NCBI RefSeq assembly: GCF_037042905.1 | Contig: NC_087263.1 | Location: 13,146,001 to 13,210,000 of the forward strand | Source of the DNA: Lytechinus pictus | Lineage: Eukaryota | DNA: 64,000 nucleotides | Direction of reading: 5' to 3' | Part shown: positions 25,113 to 39,600 of the stretch, one piece after another | Numbering within the stretch: position 1 is the stretch's first letter | Layout of the letters: every line of letters starts with the position of its first letter | Program-made: the position numbers and the translations under genes | Notes under the pieces: model-generated | What the model saw: only the letters and a program-made list of their open reading frames with translations | What the model was told of the DNA's origin: nothing | Database searches by the model: none

Positions 25113-25993
25113 GTATTCAATAATCGGGAGTTTTCGCTACAGCTATGCAGACGCTTTCTGGAACGTAGAGAATCTATCGTCAAATGCCCTTCGTGACAAT
25201 AAAGCTTTCATCGAGGGTCGGTGAATCGAAACGGCGGTTTTGTCTTTGACTTTGGATAAATGCAGATGAGCGATTTCGTCGGCTCTTAAACGTCAGACGA
25301 AACTGCTGTTCCGATTCAACGACACTGGACAAAGACCTTATTGTGATTTGACTTGTAGGATTCATCACGCATCGCTGAGCGAAAATTTGCTATTTACAAT
25401 TTATGCAACTCATACATTTTTTGTCATTTGATTGGTTGAAAGGTGTTCAATATTGATCCATTTTATGGTGCATGCATATATTCTTTTTTTCCATTGCACG
25501 GTGAACTGTGCATTTTTTATTTTCCCATTGCATGCTAGCGCTCTCTCCCTCGGTGTGTACCAGTGAGCAAGCGTATGTAGTGACGCTGGCAGCAGCCGTG
25601 TGTTACTGCATCAACTCCGCACGTCAACCCACTGCTGAAAAGGTTTATGATTTCGGCAATCATACCACAGGCACCCTCGAATCACAAGTGCCAGAAGCAT
25701 GGCGTTGGTCAATTTGGATAGACTGTTAATACCAGGGTAAACACATGAAGTTGGGTGGTGAATAAGGTTTTCATGGCACTGTGACGTTGATTATAAAGTG
25801 CAAATCGAAAAGTCTTATTATTTTGTATATGTAACCCCACCCCCACCCCAGGTGAAAGGGCAACATTCACCTTATCACATCTCTTTTGAATTGAACTTGT
25901 ATTTGAACAATATTAAAATGTACTCTTTCCCTCTCTCCCCCTCTCTCCCTCATCCCCCCTCTCTCTCTCTCTCTCTCTCTCACCACTCTACAG

Positions 25994-26163
25994 GCTACTG
26001 TACGAGACAGTGTAAGGTGGTCCACCAGGCCTCGCCCACCACCAAACACATATCGGGCGTCGCCCTCTTTGACAACGAGGGCATCAACCTCCTATCGTGT
26101 CTCCTCACCGTCCTCGTCATGCCTCACATCTGCTTCTCCTATTGGCCTCGGATCAGCTATTAA
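25994..26163 (+). CDS. TMEM19: TMEM19 exon 6 (stop)
   Basis: GYCTRQCKVVHQASPTTKHISGVALFDNEGINLLSCLLTVLVMPHICFSYWPRISY*. The joined CDS is 990 nt (329 aa) with consistent phases. Confidence 0.94.
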
Positions 26164-26188
26164 AGTGAGCCTTCGGGTAGGAAAACGG

Positions 26189-26368
26189 TAGTCTGCAAGC
26201 ACAGACTCTTATTTGGTACTTTAACCAATAACAGGTCTAGAGTCAAGACTAGACGCCAAAGGCTCTGTCTGTGTCAGGTAAGAGCCAGCCACAGTACATA
26301 GTGAATCCTAGTCTCACTACTTCAGACTATGCAATTTGCAAAAACCAAGGGTCTGTGCCTGCAGACTA
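26189..26368. mobile_element. TAGTCT..AGACTA MITE in the TMEM19 3' UTR; related copy at 24303-24364
   Basis: TIRs TAGTCTGCAAGCACAGAC / GTCTGTGCCTGCAGACTA. Flanks GGAAAACGG / GGAAAACAG (9-bp TSD, 1 mismatch). Confidence 0.75.
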
Positions 26369-26757
26369 GGAAAACAGTGCCCTCATACATAAACCTAGGC
26401 GATTGATCATTAGCTGTATTTTTATGATCAATCATACACAATTATCAATGCAATCGATTGTAGAAAATCATTCCCAAAGTCGGTCGCTGAGGTTCGTGTT
26501 GCAGGGCCCAGATCGTTGTACCTCTGGAAAGGAGAAATTTCTTCATCTTGAATCAGCAGTATTTTGCCAGTTTGGTAGTTTGCCACTTGGTAAATTTTGT
26601 ATATTTAGTAAATTTTTGTAAATTCCCGTGTTTTCCTTATGTTCCATGTGGTCTCATTCCGCTCGGTCCAATCAGAGTTGGGCTACGACCAGTACCGGCG
26701 GCACAATGCACTATACAGTATAAAGCCCAGTCACACTTTGCTGAATGTGAAGTCAAT

Positions 26758-27072
26758 GGCCCGTATTCTGAAGTCAGTTTTAACTTAGACCATGGTCTAA
26801 CTCTGTGCTAAAATTATGGGGAGCCAAATATTCAAAATTTCTGTTTGTATTGTATATTTCTTATGTTTACTATTTTGTTTCCTTTTGCTTTCATAATCAA
26901 GAAAAATACTTCAGTTATCATTCCTAGACAATTATGAACGATTTGAGTGTCATATGAGTTAATAGTAAATTGGATGTGTACTATTAAGGATTTGTGCCCC
27001 AATTGGCTCTCCATAATTAAACCACAACTTTAAACCAGGTTTTAATTTAAACCTGAGTTCAGAATACGGGCC
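26758..27072. mobile_element. PIF/Harbinger-like MITE; decayed copy at ~32480-32777
   Basis: Perfect TIRs GGCCCGTATTCTGAA / TTCAGAATACGGGCC; 3-bp TSD AAT. Confidence 0.85.
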
Positions 27073-28159
27073 AATATTTTTATCCTATAACATAACACCT
27101 TGTTGTGACATCAGGCATCGCTACAACATTACTGGTTGTAACATGAACCCAGTTAGCGCATTGTAAATAGTGCTAACAACGTTTTTGTGCGGCTGGTTCT
27201 ATTCGTCTACTAACCATGATTTGGTATAGTTGCCATTTAGTCGTGATTCATTTTGTCTAATTTCCAGTTAGGCTATAGTATACCCATCATTTGGTCTCAC
27301 CCAGTTGGTCTCACACTGCCTGGTCTATGCGATTAGATGAAATGTTTATAAACCAAATTATTTGCCAAGGTGCAAAATAATGGGTAATTAAAGTAGAATT
27401 TAGACCATCCGGGCTTTAAACTATAAAGTGACCGTTAGACAATTTGATGGTTTAAACAAACCGTAATTAGTCCTAATTGACAGTGGACGACGTGTCTTTA
27501 GCCATAATGGTGTTAGATGATCTGCAATTAGACCAATTGATATACTCTATTATATGACAACGAGATAGATCCTTGTCATTTGATCGGTTGTTTGATATCG
27601 ATCATTCAGTCTATTTTACAATGTCATCAATCGTGCAATTTTTTATCCATTCATCGTGAAATTTTGGATCCATACGATTTTGTCCATTGCACGCGCGCAC
27701 CGCTGCAGGCACTACAAGTAAGGTGCTTGCAGCGCGCATGTTGTATGTACGCGACAATCAACTGACCGAGCATATTTTGCATCAAAATTAATAAATTTGA
27801 TATGAAAAATAATATAGTTTTAGATGTCATATAAACCAAATAATGAATGTTCTATTCATTCGTGCAATGGACAGAATACTTCATTTGGTGAAAGATGAAA
27901 TGAATGGATCCTTTCATCTTTCACCTCATGAAGTATTCTGTCCATTGCACTCATAAACATTCCTTATTTGTATATTGTCAAGTTAATTTGTTACATTGAA
28001 CGACAGTGGGGAGCATTCCATGAACCTACATGTATCTCACTGTGATTGCAAAGCTTTGTGATACAGGCCCCCGATCAGCAATCAACTGCAATTTTTTTTG
28101 CAATTCATAATAAGACATATGATTAATTTGGGGACCGTAAATAGATTTACAATTTACTA

Positions 28160-28437
28160 CAGGGTTCCCACAGTCATGGAAAATCCTGGAAAAATTTGTA
28201 AGTAAGGGAAAAGTCATGGAATTGCATTTACCTCTTGGCTATGGCAGCTTTCCAGTTTGTCGTGAATTGCAACTCTCATACTCTGCTACATGTATTATAG
28301 TTGGTGTTCATGATTTCCATTTTTCCCAGTTTTGTGACATCTTAAATTCTACATACCTCCCGGGAAGTCATGGAAAACAGCAATTTAGTCATGGAAAAGT
28401 CATGGAATTCTGTTTTCATATTTCTGTGGGAACCCTG
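28160..28437. mobile_element. hAT-like MITE
   Basis: 14-bp TIRs CAGGGTTCCCACAG / CTGTGGGAACCCTG and internal GTCATGGAA repeats; TSD not recognisable. Confidence 0.7.
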
Positions 28438-28659
28438 AGCTATCTTTCAACACTCTATTACTCTATGTGTCATATCATTGTGTATGTTGATATCTCTTCA
28501 TTGTGCCAATTTCCCATTTAAATTGATTAATATCGTAAGGACTAGTTCATATTTTAATAGGATCTATGTAAGTGTGTGAGTAAAATGCCCTTGTTTAGGG
28601 GCTTCCTTTTTTTTAATGGAATATCTAAGCTGGTGAGTGATGATCTCTGTACATGTAGT

Positions 28660-29070
28660 AAATGTGGGGGGGGGGTGCATTTGTCGGGAGGGGAGAATGG
28701 GTTTGTATTTGGGGGGGGGGGGGCGAGCACCGCATTTTGTGGGGAGGGGTGCGAGTGTCGATAGGAAAGGAAGTGTACATCTAAGTTTGGTGCAGGCAGT
28801 GTGCATTTGTGGGGGAGGGGCGTGTGTGTGAGTGGGAGAGGGGGGAGAAGTGTACATGGAGGTTTGTGTGTGAAGGGGGGGGGGAGGCAGTGTGTATATT
28901 TATGGGGAGGGGTGTGATTGTGAGTGGGGTGTACATTTAGGATTGATGTGTGAGTTGGTGGTGGGGGCGGGGGTAATTTGCATTTGTGGGTGATGGGTGC
29001 GTGAGTGTGAAGGGGGGGGGAGAGTTTTTGGGTTGTTTGAGGGGACTATGATTGCGTGGGTATGTGTGGA
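28660..29070 (+). repeat. G/T-rich low-complexity tract
   Basis: Many G-runs separated by TGTG units. Confidence 0.75.
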
Positions 29071-31036
29071 GAAGATAAGACTGTCTTTTCATGCCAATAC
29101 TTCCTACCACACGAATGGATAATTAGTATTGTCGGATGCACTTTGTGGTAACTTTGTAATCAACTTCCATGTTTAACATTACCAAATAGAAATCAAAATC
29201 TATTATTGAGACATAGTGTACATGTTTTGCAAAGTTACCATCAATAACATGTGTCATGTAACAGGGTACTAGTTTAAAAAAAACTATAAAAATTGTGTCA
29301 TAGGCTGTCCTGCATGGCTGTTTTTTTTTTATTTTTTTTTTTTATCATTCATCAAATGAATACTGTAAAATTGACATGTATGAAATTAATACTTATTATT
29401 AATTGATTGTATGTAAAGTGTTGTGTGCTCTAAACTTACCTGTCTTTCTTGTTTTTACAACTTTTGTGCTTTTTTACTTTTTTTTTAAAATCATATTTTT
29501 GAATTCAATGCTTTTGTTGTATCGCTAATTACTATAATATACAGTGAAGTCACAACTGCTCTAGAAATGTAGACAGTGATTTTCCATTAACTGGTCAGAA
29601 AGAAAAATATGTTTTGGTCCTTTACTTACATGTACATGTATTTGTGTGAAAATTCATTGAATAAATTGAAGTCATCTTATTGCTGTGAACATTTCTATCG
29701 CAAAACAGAATGTCCATTTTAGATCCAAGTTTGAAACGGAGTGTTGGGTTTTCAGAATGGAAGATACAATTTAAAAAAAATGAATAATCACTGCCCCAAA
29801 ATGAAGAGTTCTTCATTTGAGTTTAATATCTAGGCATATACATTTGAGGCCGAAAGTTTACATACACTCATTGAATTCAGCGAAATTTGTTTGTTTGCCA
29901 AACATCGTAAAATTTACTAAATCTTCAGAAATATAAATACTACCATGACAAATCTGGTATCAAATGAAAGAGGGTATTAAGCCCTTTCACGTAATTATTG
30001 TTAGACCCAGTCATGACTTAACCAATGACCTGATATATTTTAAGCTACTTTTGATAGGCATACAATTTTCTTTCTTTGACACCTGCCATTGGATTCAAAC
30101 AGATAAGCGTCCACACTTGATATGCATAGTACGCTTGTACTTTGATCTAAAAAGTAATATTTCTACCTCTTCTGCATTTGAAAAAAAATTAAACCATGAA
30201 GGTATTAGCATTATTGAAACAAATGTACTTGAAAAGGGGCAAGTTATCAATAGTATATGTATTTATGATTATTTGTCTTATCAAAATGGTACTAATTACA
30301 ACCCCTGAAAAAAATAGAATGAAATAAAGAAATCAATTCAATCTGAATTCTTATTTCAGTGGCAGGAAAATGTATGATTAGTGGATTACATATATATTTA
30401 TCATAATAGAGTTTACTACACGTCATATTGTTTTTATGACTTTTCTATTTCCTGTATTCTTTCATATCTCATATTTTGTTGTTATTGGTTGCCATTTTGT
30501 GTTCAAACATATTTAAATGGTATGTTTAGTGTAATGCACAATATATTTTGTATCTCTGTCAAAATTATGAAAATAAGTGAGTCCTACAAAAACAGGACAA
30601 ATGTAATTTGATTCATTATGCACCATAAATGCTTGAAAAATGTAAATGTCAAATATCCAGTATTTCATATGTCATACTTATGTTGTATTTGGATGTTTTA
30701 GGTTTATAACCCATGTATACAGTGTAATGTACAATGCATTTTGCATCTCAGTATGAATTATGAAAAAGTATGAAATACACAATAAAATAAAAATAAAAAT
30801 TTATATTCATTATAAATTCTTTAAACAGTTCCCTTAAAAAGAGCTCTGTGAAAATGAAAGAATTAGGGATGATGTTGATTTTGAAACTGGAAAATGGAAT
30901 CAATCTTTACATCCTTTTTTTCGGATGAATATAAAGAAACAGAATGAGACAAAGTCAGACTGTGATGATGTTAAACATTTTACTTGTAGTTAAGGATCGC
31001 CATATGTGGACCAGAGTATATGGAAATGTGATTCTA

Positions 31037-31930
31037 TGACATTTGCTCTGGCGACAATTGCTCTGATGGAAAATCTACACGTTAAGCCAAACATAAAACC
31101 TAACCTCCAAAATAGACCAGTTCGTAGTTACTTCTGGACAATTTTGGTCAAATGACCTTTCATTTCTTTCATTATGATAGGCAGATTTTAAAGCAAGATA
31201 TTATGTAAGCTTGCCTTACATAGCAGGATGAAGAAATTGAATCGACCAGGTGACTAGAATAGCACACCAATGAACACTTTATGAAGGTATTTGTTGCATT
31301 CCTACTTTGAATGCATATCATAGCATGTTGCATAATGTACTTGGCAAACTGTGAAATACCAGTCGTTAGTGGACGCATTGTTGTTTTTTGTGGATGTAAA
31401 TGAATACCACTATTCAAAAGAATATATGAATAATCAAGACATCAAAGTTGGTGCTTATCTCATTAGATTTTAAACCACCATGTCACTTCAGTACAAATGA
31501 CCTTCCTCTGATCATGCGTAGAATCTTTTGATCATGCTCAGAAAGGAACTACGAACTGGCTTATTCTTGCTTGAATGACAACAGTGAAAATTCCGCTTCT
31601 TGATTGGCTCTTCCGATGAAAGTTGATATTCCAGCAAAAGTTGCTATCATAATTATTCATAGAAATGGGACCCTATACTTCTGTTATCCACGACTTCTCT
31701 CGTTTCCTTTCTCTTTTTTTTTCTTCACTTAACTAATAAATTAGAAAGTCAAGAGAGCGAGATAAACTGCTAAATCATCACATATTCTGACACTTTTTTT
31801 TCCTGATTAAATAAACCCTGATCCTAATCTTTACATTCTTCTGAATAAAAAACTCTATTACATTCCTAACTCTAACCCTATGCCCTCAGAGATGTTAAGA
31901 CCAGAGTAAGTGTCGCAGGAGCAGATGTCA
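31037..31930. mobile_element. MITE (GACATTTGCTC..GCGACAATTG family) split by a nested TIR element at ~31111-31565; intact copy at ~40406-40580
   Basis: Outer ends TGACATTTGCTCTGGCGACA / TGTCGCAGGAGCAGATGTCA. Inner TIRs CCAGTTCGTAGTT / AACTACGAACTGG. Confidence 0.6.
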
Positions 31931-33199
31931 CCGGACATGTAGCCATTTTATTTTTGTATTATTATATTTGTGTTATTTTTGTGTAGTCGCAAGAGCATGT
32001 CTCAAAGAAGCATGTTCCACTGTACCTTTGTACCCAACACTCACAGAATTTACTATCTTTGGCATGTATTATGAAATCCAGTTTAAAGGTAAATGCTAGT
32101 TTTGGTAACGATATCAAAATGAGTTCGTACAGAATCCAATGAAATGACCACCAAAGTGTCTGTTTGCATAAATAAAACGTATGTGCCAAAGGATTCTGGA
32201 AGAAATTGTGTAATTGCTGAGAAATCAGCAAATAAGCACAGGATTCGGGAAGAGCGTCGGGCCCGACACCCGAAGCAATAATTATACACTGTCCCACGTG
32301 CGCTTATCTATGTTGGGGATCTTCAGCCTGAACATTTTTCAGCGGAGATTTCAAGATTTCACAAAGTTAAGTTTATGTAACTGTACCAGATCTAGATCCT
32401 CGATGATATACTGACAATTAAGCCTTGTTTTACAGACTTTCTCATGAAATCAGTGTATACTGCAACTACTGGAATTTCTCTTTAACTGTATTAAAGCCAT
32501 GGTCTAACTCTGTGCTTGAATTATGGAAAGCCAAAAGCGTAACAATTTCGTTAACATTGCTTGTTTCTTATGTTCACTTCACTCTTTCATCATGCTGTAA
32601 TGTGGGAGAAAACAAATCAAGTTTTCATTCCCAGAGACTTCCAAATGATTCGAGTGGCAGATGATGTGATAAATTGAACCTGATTCAGCACAGATTTGTG
32701 TTACAATTGGCTATCCATAGTTAAACCACAAATAAAAAACAGAGTTTGAATTAAAAGCGGAATTCAGAATACAGGCGTTTGTGTATCAAACAGATATTGT
32801 TTTATATTACCAACATCGCCACTTTATACTTTATTTTCATTTAGACATCTATATATTTTTGTTATATTACATTCTATAATGATTACTTATGTTGGATATC
32901 TGACAAATGCTTAATTCTAGACATGCCGATTTACCTTGGAATTTGATATAATTGTTTGTTCTACATTTTTGTCAGGAATAGTGTGTTGCAATTACATCAT
33001 GAGCATGGGGAGAATAATTTCCCCAAAATATAATTCCCTGTACGTCATGGGCTTAGACATGACAGTATCTAGGCAATGAAAATACAAGTCCTTATTACTT
33101 TGTGCCCTTGCCAAGACACAGGACGTTTTCTTATCTATGTAGTATTAGTTTCATTGGCCAAAAAATGGAAACAAATTATCTTATATCAGAAATTCACCA

Positions 33200-33550
33200 T
33201 CTTAAAGTTGTCTTAAGAAAGGACTTTAAAAAAACTTCATACATCCAGTCACTGGAATGAGGGATTTGCCTAGTTTCAGTGTGGGTTGAATGGTTAATTA
33301 TTTAATTTGATACATTGTGTATAATTTGCCCTGGCTGTTTTGATATTGTTGTTTTTTCCCCTTTGTTTATATACTGTATTTTGTATGGATTTATTTTAGT
33401 CCTTTTCAGTATCATATCGTTATTGTCTTTATGTTGCTATGGTGCACTCGTTACAAGCTGTGCTTTTAGAGTCATCACCATGATATTGTAACTTTTATAA
33501 AATGTTGTAATGTGATTCCTTTGGATATAAATGTTATTGAATTGAATTGA
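33200..33550 (+). mobile_element. LINE 3' end fragment
   Basis: TTACAAGCTGTGCTTTT motif, similar to the 3' UTR of the 13.3-18.4 kb LINE, and an (ATTGA)n tail at 33536-33550. Confidence 0.45.
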
Positions 33551-34937
33551 GATGTGGTGCGCGATCAGGGGCTTTTTGCTTTCAATAATTCTTTCCTCAT
33601 TTACATACATGTACATTAACGTAAGGAGAAAAAATGATAATTATTTGTATTTTCGCTAACTTCCAAGGCATTTAACAACACAAGAAGCGAATATGTCATT
33701 TTCTTGCGATAGTACGACATTTCACATTTGGTGAAAGAAAGAGACACTATTCACTCGGTTACGCCACTCGATTCAATATAGCATCTTTCTTTCACCTCAT
33801 GCAAAATCCTGTATCAAACTAATGTATACTGCCATCTAGTGTCAGGATTTAAACAGAGGAGATAAGTAAATGTCATATTTGAGCACATTTCCGTAAGTGT
33901 GTAATGAGGATGTAGGATTTGAGTTCAGAAAGCACCAGATAGCCTTTCTTTTTCAAACAAATTTTGCTTTTACAGCAGAATGGATAATGAATGATGTATA
34001 CAACCGATTTGCATTATTTGAGCAGGGCGATAGTCATTGCTAATGCCCTGCACAAAGAAGTGATGTAAAACAAATTTTCTGCTCTTATTTTATTCAGGTA
34101 ATAATAAAAACTGTAACCCCTCAATGATATTGAGACTATGGGTCTTCTATTTCCCTCTACTTTCAGTCTTAGGGGGGAATTGTAGGCCTGTAGTCTCAAG
34201 ATTCTTCAGGGCAATAGTTTTTGCTTTTGCCTCAATAAACAGGCAATGTTCATATATTATAAATGTTCTTGGTAAATCTTAGATCACTGAGTATATAAGT
34301 ATATATATTTTTTATTCTGAAGGATGATTACTTGTGTGAGGGAGCTTGAGATTTGAAGTACTCTGAATTTGATCTATGACATTATGTATTTGATATACAT
34401 TCAATAAAATTGTGAATGAAATTTGCAAATAAGACAGTAATGCTGTGGTTTGTTCTAACTTTGTTCTTAATTGCAGTCTTGTGGCTTATTTTTTGGAATT
34501 TCTTTTTTTCTTACAGTATTTTTATTCATTATGCATTCCCTTGCTCCCTTCCCCCCTTTCTTGTCACAGTTTCTTACTCTTTCTCTCCCCTTTCTGCAAT
34601 TCTTAATTCTATGCTTTCCTCTCTCTCTCTCTTTCTTGCATCTTCTCTCTTGTTTACCAATTATCTTGTTACTAATTCCCCCTTTCATCTCTCTCTCTCT
34701 CTTCCTCTCTTCCTCTCTCTCTCCCATCTTTCTCACTTTAAATGCCCACATTAAATTCTTGTTTTTAGTTCTCGTAATTTATGGATAGCTATGTGATCAA
34801 GCTGGCATGAGCACATCTTCATTCTTTTATATGTTACTTCGTTCATGAACAGGTAACTTACCTGGCTGCAACAGTGCATACGTAGAATCTGTTTACAAAG
34901 TTATATGTACCATTTAAGGAAAAAAAATGCATAATCT

Positions 34938-35094
34938 GGGGCCCGTTTCATAAAGGGTTACAACTGTTGTAACTCTGCCATTATGGCAACTACCATGGTA
35001 ACCTTGATTTTGATTGGTTGCTGAGCCCTGTTGCCATGGTAGTTGCCATTATGGCAAAGTTACAACAGTTTTAACTCTTTATGAAACAGGTCCC
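34938..35094. mobile_element. ~155-bp palindromic Harbinger-like MITE; relatives at ~1592, 22440, 31570, 47835
   Basis: GGGGCCCGTTTCATAAAG / CTTTATGAAACAGGTCCC with long internal inverted arms around TGATTGGTTG. Confidence 0.8.
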
Positions 35095-36292
35095 AGGTCT
35101 AAAAATTAACTTAACTGGGGCAAGTATTCACTTATGGAAGGCCAACTAATGCACATTTTATACCGGTATAAGCCATATACTATTCTGCTAACGTAACACG
35201 ACAGAATCACACCAAAATGACAATTATACATTGAAGACAGTTGGCTAGTTTTAATTCAATATCAATGCTGTAACATGTAAAGATATTTCAAAACAAGAAA
35301 ATACAAAGATAAAGTGACTATCAAATATGAAACACATTTGTAAGAAATTGCATTTGCTGGCATACAACACAATCTTTGTATAACAATATTTGTATATTTG
35401 AATACATTTCAACCAATATAAACCCATTAAGATCTAATTCACTTATAAATATATAATAAGTTTTAATACCTGTAATGATATATATTCAAGATATTTCAGA
35501 ACCCTTAGGCGTAATTAAGGGACTTTGATTTGTTTTTACCTCTACCTGCGAGAATATGGTGGATATTCCAGGCCGATTATTCAATATTTGTTTGTAATGG
35601 TCAATCTTGTCATTTTGATTAATAGCCCTAGAAATGGTCAATGTAAATGTAACCACCACAGTATGTATTTCTGCAAACTTGTCATCCAATATTTCACTCC
35701 AGAATTGAGAATATGAAAAATAAGGGGGAAAAGAGATGTTTAGAACATTTGAGTTAGCATATGTTTCCACAAATTATTACCGTACTGTTTTTAATGGAAT
35801 CTACTTCAATGTTCTAATTTGGATATTTTCAGAGATTATGCCGTATTTGAAGTCAAGAGAGTGCATCTTCCGGATTCTTCCCTCTATTTTTGTTATCTAC
35901 AATTGAGTCAAATCTGTTTTTATTAGCCACCATATTGTCTCCCTCTCGAAAGGAATATGTTATGGAGCCTGGCTACAGTCGCCACCTTTGTTTCCCTTAC
36001 GTGGCCTTTACCGACAGATTTGACTGTCATTCTATTCTCTTTCGATTTGGTCAAAAAATGAGTGGAATGGGAAACTATTACCAAGGTAATGTATGTACTT
36101 TGCCTGTTTCGACTTAAATGGAAAGTATTATTGTGAGGATTGTTTGTTTATGCAGCATACAATAATAACATCCATCACAGAATATTTATATATTTTGCTC
36201 TTCTCTGTATTAAACTAGTTACCCTGTCCAATTGATAACTTGAAACCAGCTTTGACCATTTTGCTGATGTCACTTTTACAGTCATAAAGCCA

Positions 36293-36640
36293 GGAAAATA
36301 TATATTGTGGAACATATATGTATGTTTGAAAATATTTATTTTGGAACATATATATGTATGTAAATATATATTGTAGAACATACATGTTAGTAATGTTGAA
36401 TATACTTGCAAATATATATTGTGTAACATATATATGTTCTAAAGATATATTGTACATACTATTTGTAAATATGTATTGAAGGGACAGATATAAGTTTGAA
36501 AATATATACTGTAGAACATATATATGTTTCTAAATATATATTGTGGAACATATATATAAAAGTATATATATTTGTAAACATATATTGACGAACATATATA
36601 GGTTTGTGAATATATATTGTGGAACATATATGTTTGTAAA
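36293..36640. repeat. AT-rich minisatellite, ~32-35-bp unit
   Basis: About 10 degenerate copies of AAATATATATTGTGGAACATATATATGTTTGT. Confidence 0.8.
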
Positions 36641-39600
36641 TGAAACATACACTGGCAGTGAATATTGGAATATGTAATATAACATCCCCACTGTTAAACC
36701 AATGTTCACTCAAAACAATGATACAAATTGATTGTACAAGGAAACGGTGATCAATCATAATTTCTGTAAACCATACATGACAAAGAAAACATACTTATAG
36801 TGTGAAAAGTCAACATATACAAATTATCACTTTCAACAAATGTGAACCATATAATAATACTATCAAAAGCAGTGTGCAGTACAATACACTGTGAATGACC
36901 TTTGACCTTGTAGTAGTGCATGCAAAGCAAGAAAAGCAAACATTTCATTAATACAATTTTTGCGTGACATGGTCAATCTTACTACTCAAATAATCAACCA
37001 GAATAATCAACTTCATTCACTTTTGAAATAAAACAAAAATATCCTCTATGACAAACATATTTAATGATTAAATAATATTGATATCAAGAAAATAACTTAT
37101 GGAACTATGAGTTATAAATATCCCATGCTAAATAATCTCGAGAAAACTGATAGTAAAAATATTGATTGTCATGAAATAAACTGTCCCATTATCCTTGTAC
37201 ATGTTACTTGATTTTCAAACATGAATTATTTTTGCAATAATGAAAATTGCCAAAATGAAAAACAGAGTATGACTTGAGTATTATCTTCCAAATTGTTTAT
37301 GGAATCCAATCCAATTGAACCACAATTTCCTTTCATAAAAAAATGGAATTGTTGAATTATTCATAAAGAAAAACCATCTCAACTATCTGTCTCTCAGCAT
37401 ACACAAACAATTGTAAGTGCTGTTTCACAACATTCTCAAAATCCTATCAAAATCTAACTATGGTTATTCTGCAATTCCCATAAAATGTAAAAGGGGATTA
37501 ATTTTACAAAATTCCAAATTAATTTGTCTAATGTTAAACACCGTAACAATCTTGTTGATATATAAACTGCCTTTCATATACTCGCCTCTAAACATTCCTC
37601 GGATATTTTTTCTACTAACAAGGCACACACATTAAGCATTTAATTTTCCTTGAGACATTTGTAGGCTAAGCAACCAAGGTTTCATTTCCACCCCTCATTT
37701 ACATATCTACATTAGAGCATTTTAGTGTTAAGATTGAACTTATAACTGGAAAACTCTTGTAATATTCAATAGCAACATTCAAATTGGCATAAAAGTTGAA
37801 TGTTTGTCATCATCTTTAGACATGCTAGCCAGTACATTCTAATTTCAAGAATAGGAAGAACATTGGACTATTTTTTTCAATCCTGAGGATAAACTTTGAA
37901 ATCTAAAAATATTTATTAGCAAATCCTTGAGCTTCAAACTCAACGCTGCAAAGATTAAACTTAAACTCAATATTTGGCTCGTCAATATTCACATTTTCTG
38001 GATTTATTTTAAATCCTTGAAATTTAGACTGTAATTGAAAATATTTGCAGAAAACAATTTTTTTTTTTTTTTGGGGGGGGGGGGTGAAATGGAAACCTTT
38101 GCTCCTTAGCATTACTTGACAAATTAATCCAATGTATTATTCTAAACAAAATAAAAGTGAAAATATTTGTACCTCGCGGAGAGAATTAAGAAACAAGTGA
38201 GTTTTGGAGTTAAAATTCTATTTTCTTTAAATCAAACTCCTTTTACTCAACCACCATTCCAAATCCATTCCTTAAGAGTAAAGATTTTCACTTATTATAT
38301 TACAGTAGTCCAAAACATTGGATTAATTATTTTACAAATATATTTCGCAGGTGTCTTCAAGTGCAGTGTAAGGTGTTAAATAAGTCAGCGCATAGATCAT
38401 TGACACTGATGTCTCACAATAAAGACACCTCACTTATTCTGACACCAAAGTGCAGTGTATCTACATCAGGTGTAGATGTAACATAAACTTCATGCCATTA
38501 ATTGGAACACTAACACTGCACCTTAAGACACCATCTTCACACATAACACACAACCATGGAACACCCGACCATGGCATATAGTATATAAATGCATAAAATC
38601 TCTATTATGTCACTTTTTCCTGTAATAATGCTGATACTCCTTCAAAAACTTGCTTCACAAAATACTCAATATAAATGCACTGTACATGACATTCCTCTAG
38701 TGAAATATACTCTATCTGACCATCATTCCTTTTTGTCACAATTTTGTTATTATACATCACACCAATCAACATTCACAAGGCATCTAATTTTTTCTGTTAA
38801 TACTTTTTTTTCCTGTAATTACTTTTAATATCATGAAAGTTTCTATTCTGCATAGCTCTAGTTTTCTATAGGTACTGGCTCATTATAGTGATTTAGTTTT
38901 AAGCTATTAAGCTTTTATTTCTGTGCTTTGATTCTATATTCACCAGCCATAATGAAAGCTCACGACCAACTATATATATATATTTATCTCTTATTATTTA
39001 TATACTTCATTATTCTAATCAACGCTCTACAAAATTTTGAATATTCACGTGAAAATTAAATATTTCACAAATCAGAGGGAAAAAATCAACCTAATCAGCA
39101 AATGCCTACTTTGTACTCCGGGTTCATATAGCTGTTTGTAAGTTAAGAGTGACAATAAGAATGACTGGTGATCCTTTCTTGTGGTTAATGATATTCACCA
39201 TTAAATGTTCATTGGTGATTATTTAGCGTGTAAGAAAGGTTAACCAGTCGTTCTTAAATTCGCTCTTAACTTACGAACAGGTTTATGAAACACCCACCTA
39301 GAGTTTTCTAAATGACAAAACCAAATGAAATATAATGAAAATTGCAAGACTATTTTTTGCAAGATACATTTATGAACCAATTCAATAAACTTGTATTACA
39401 TGAAACCATGATCACTAGGAAATAAAACACATTCAAAATGTAACTTAATATCATCAACCTTTCCCTCGAGATTTCAAAGATAAATCAAAACCAGATAAGT
39501 CGATTTTATTAATACTACTGGAATGCAATGTATAAAGAGTCAAATATTACCAATAATCTTTATATACTTCTCCTCTTTCACTCTTACATTCTTTTGTACA

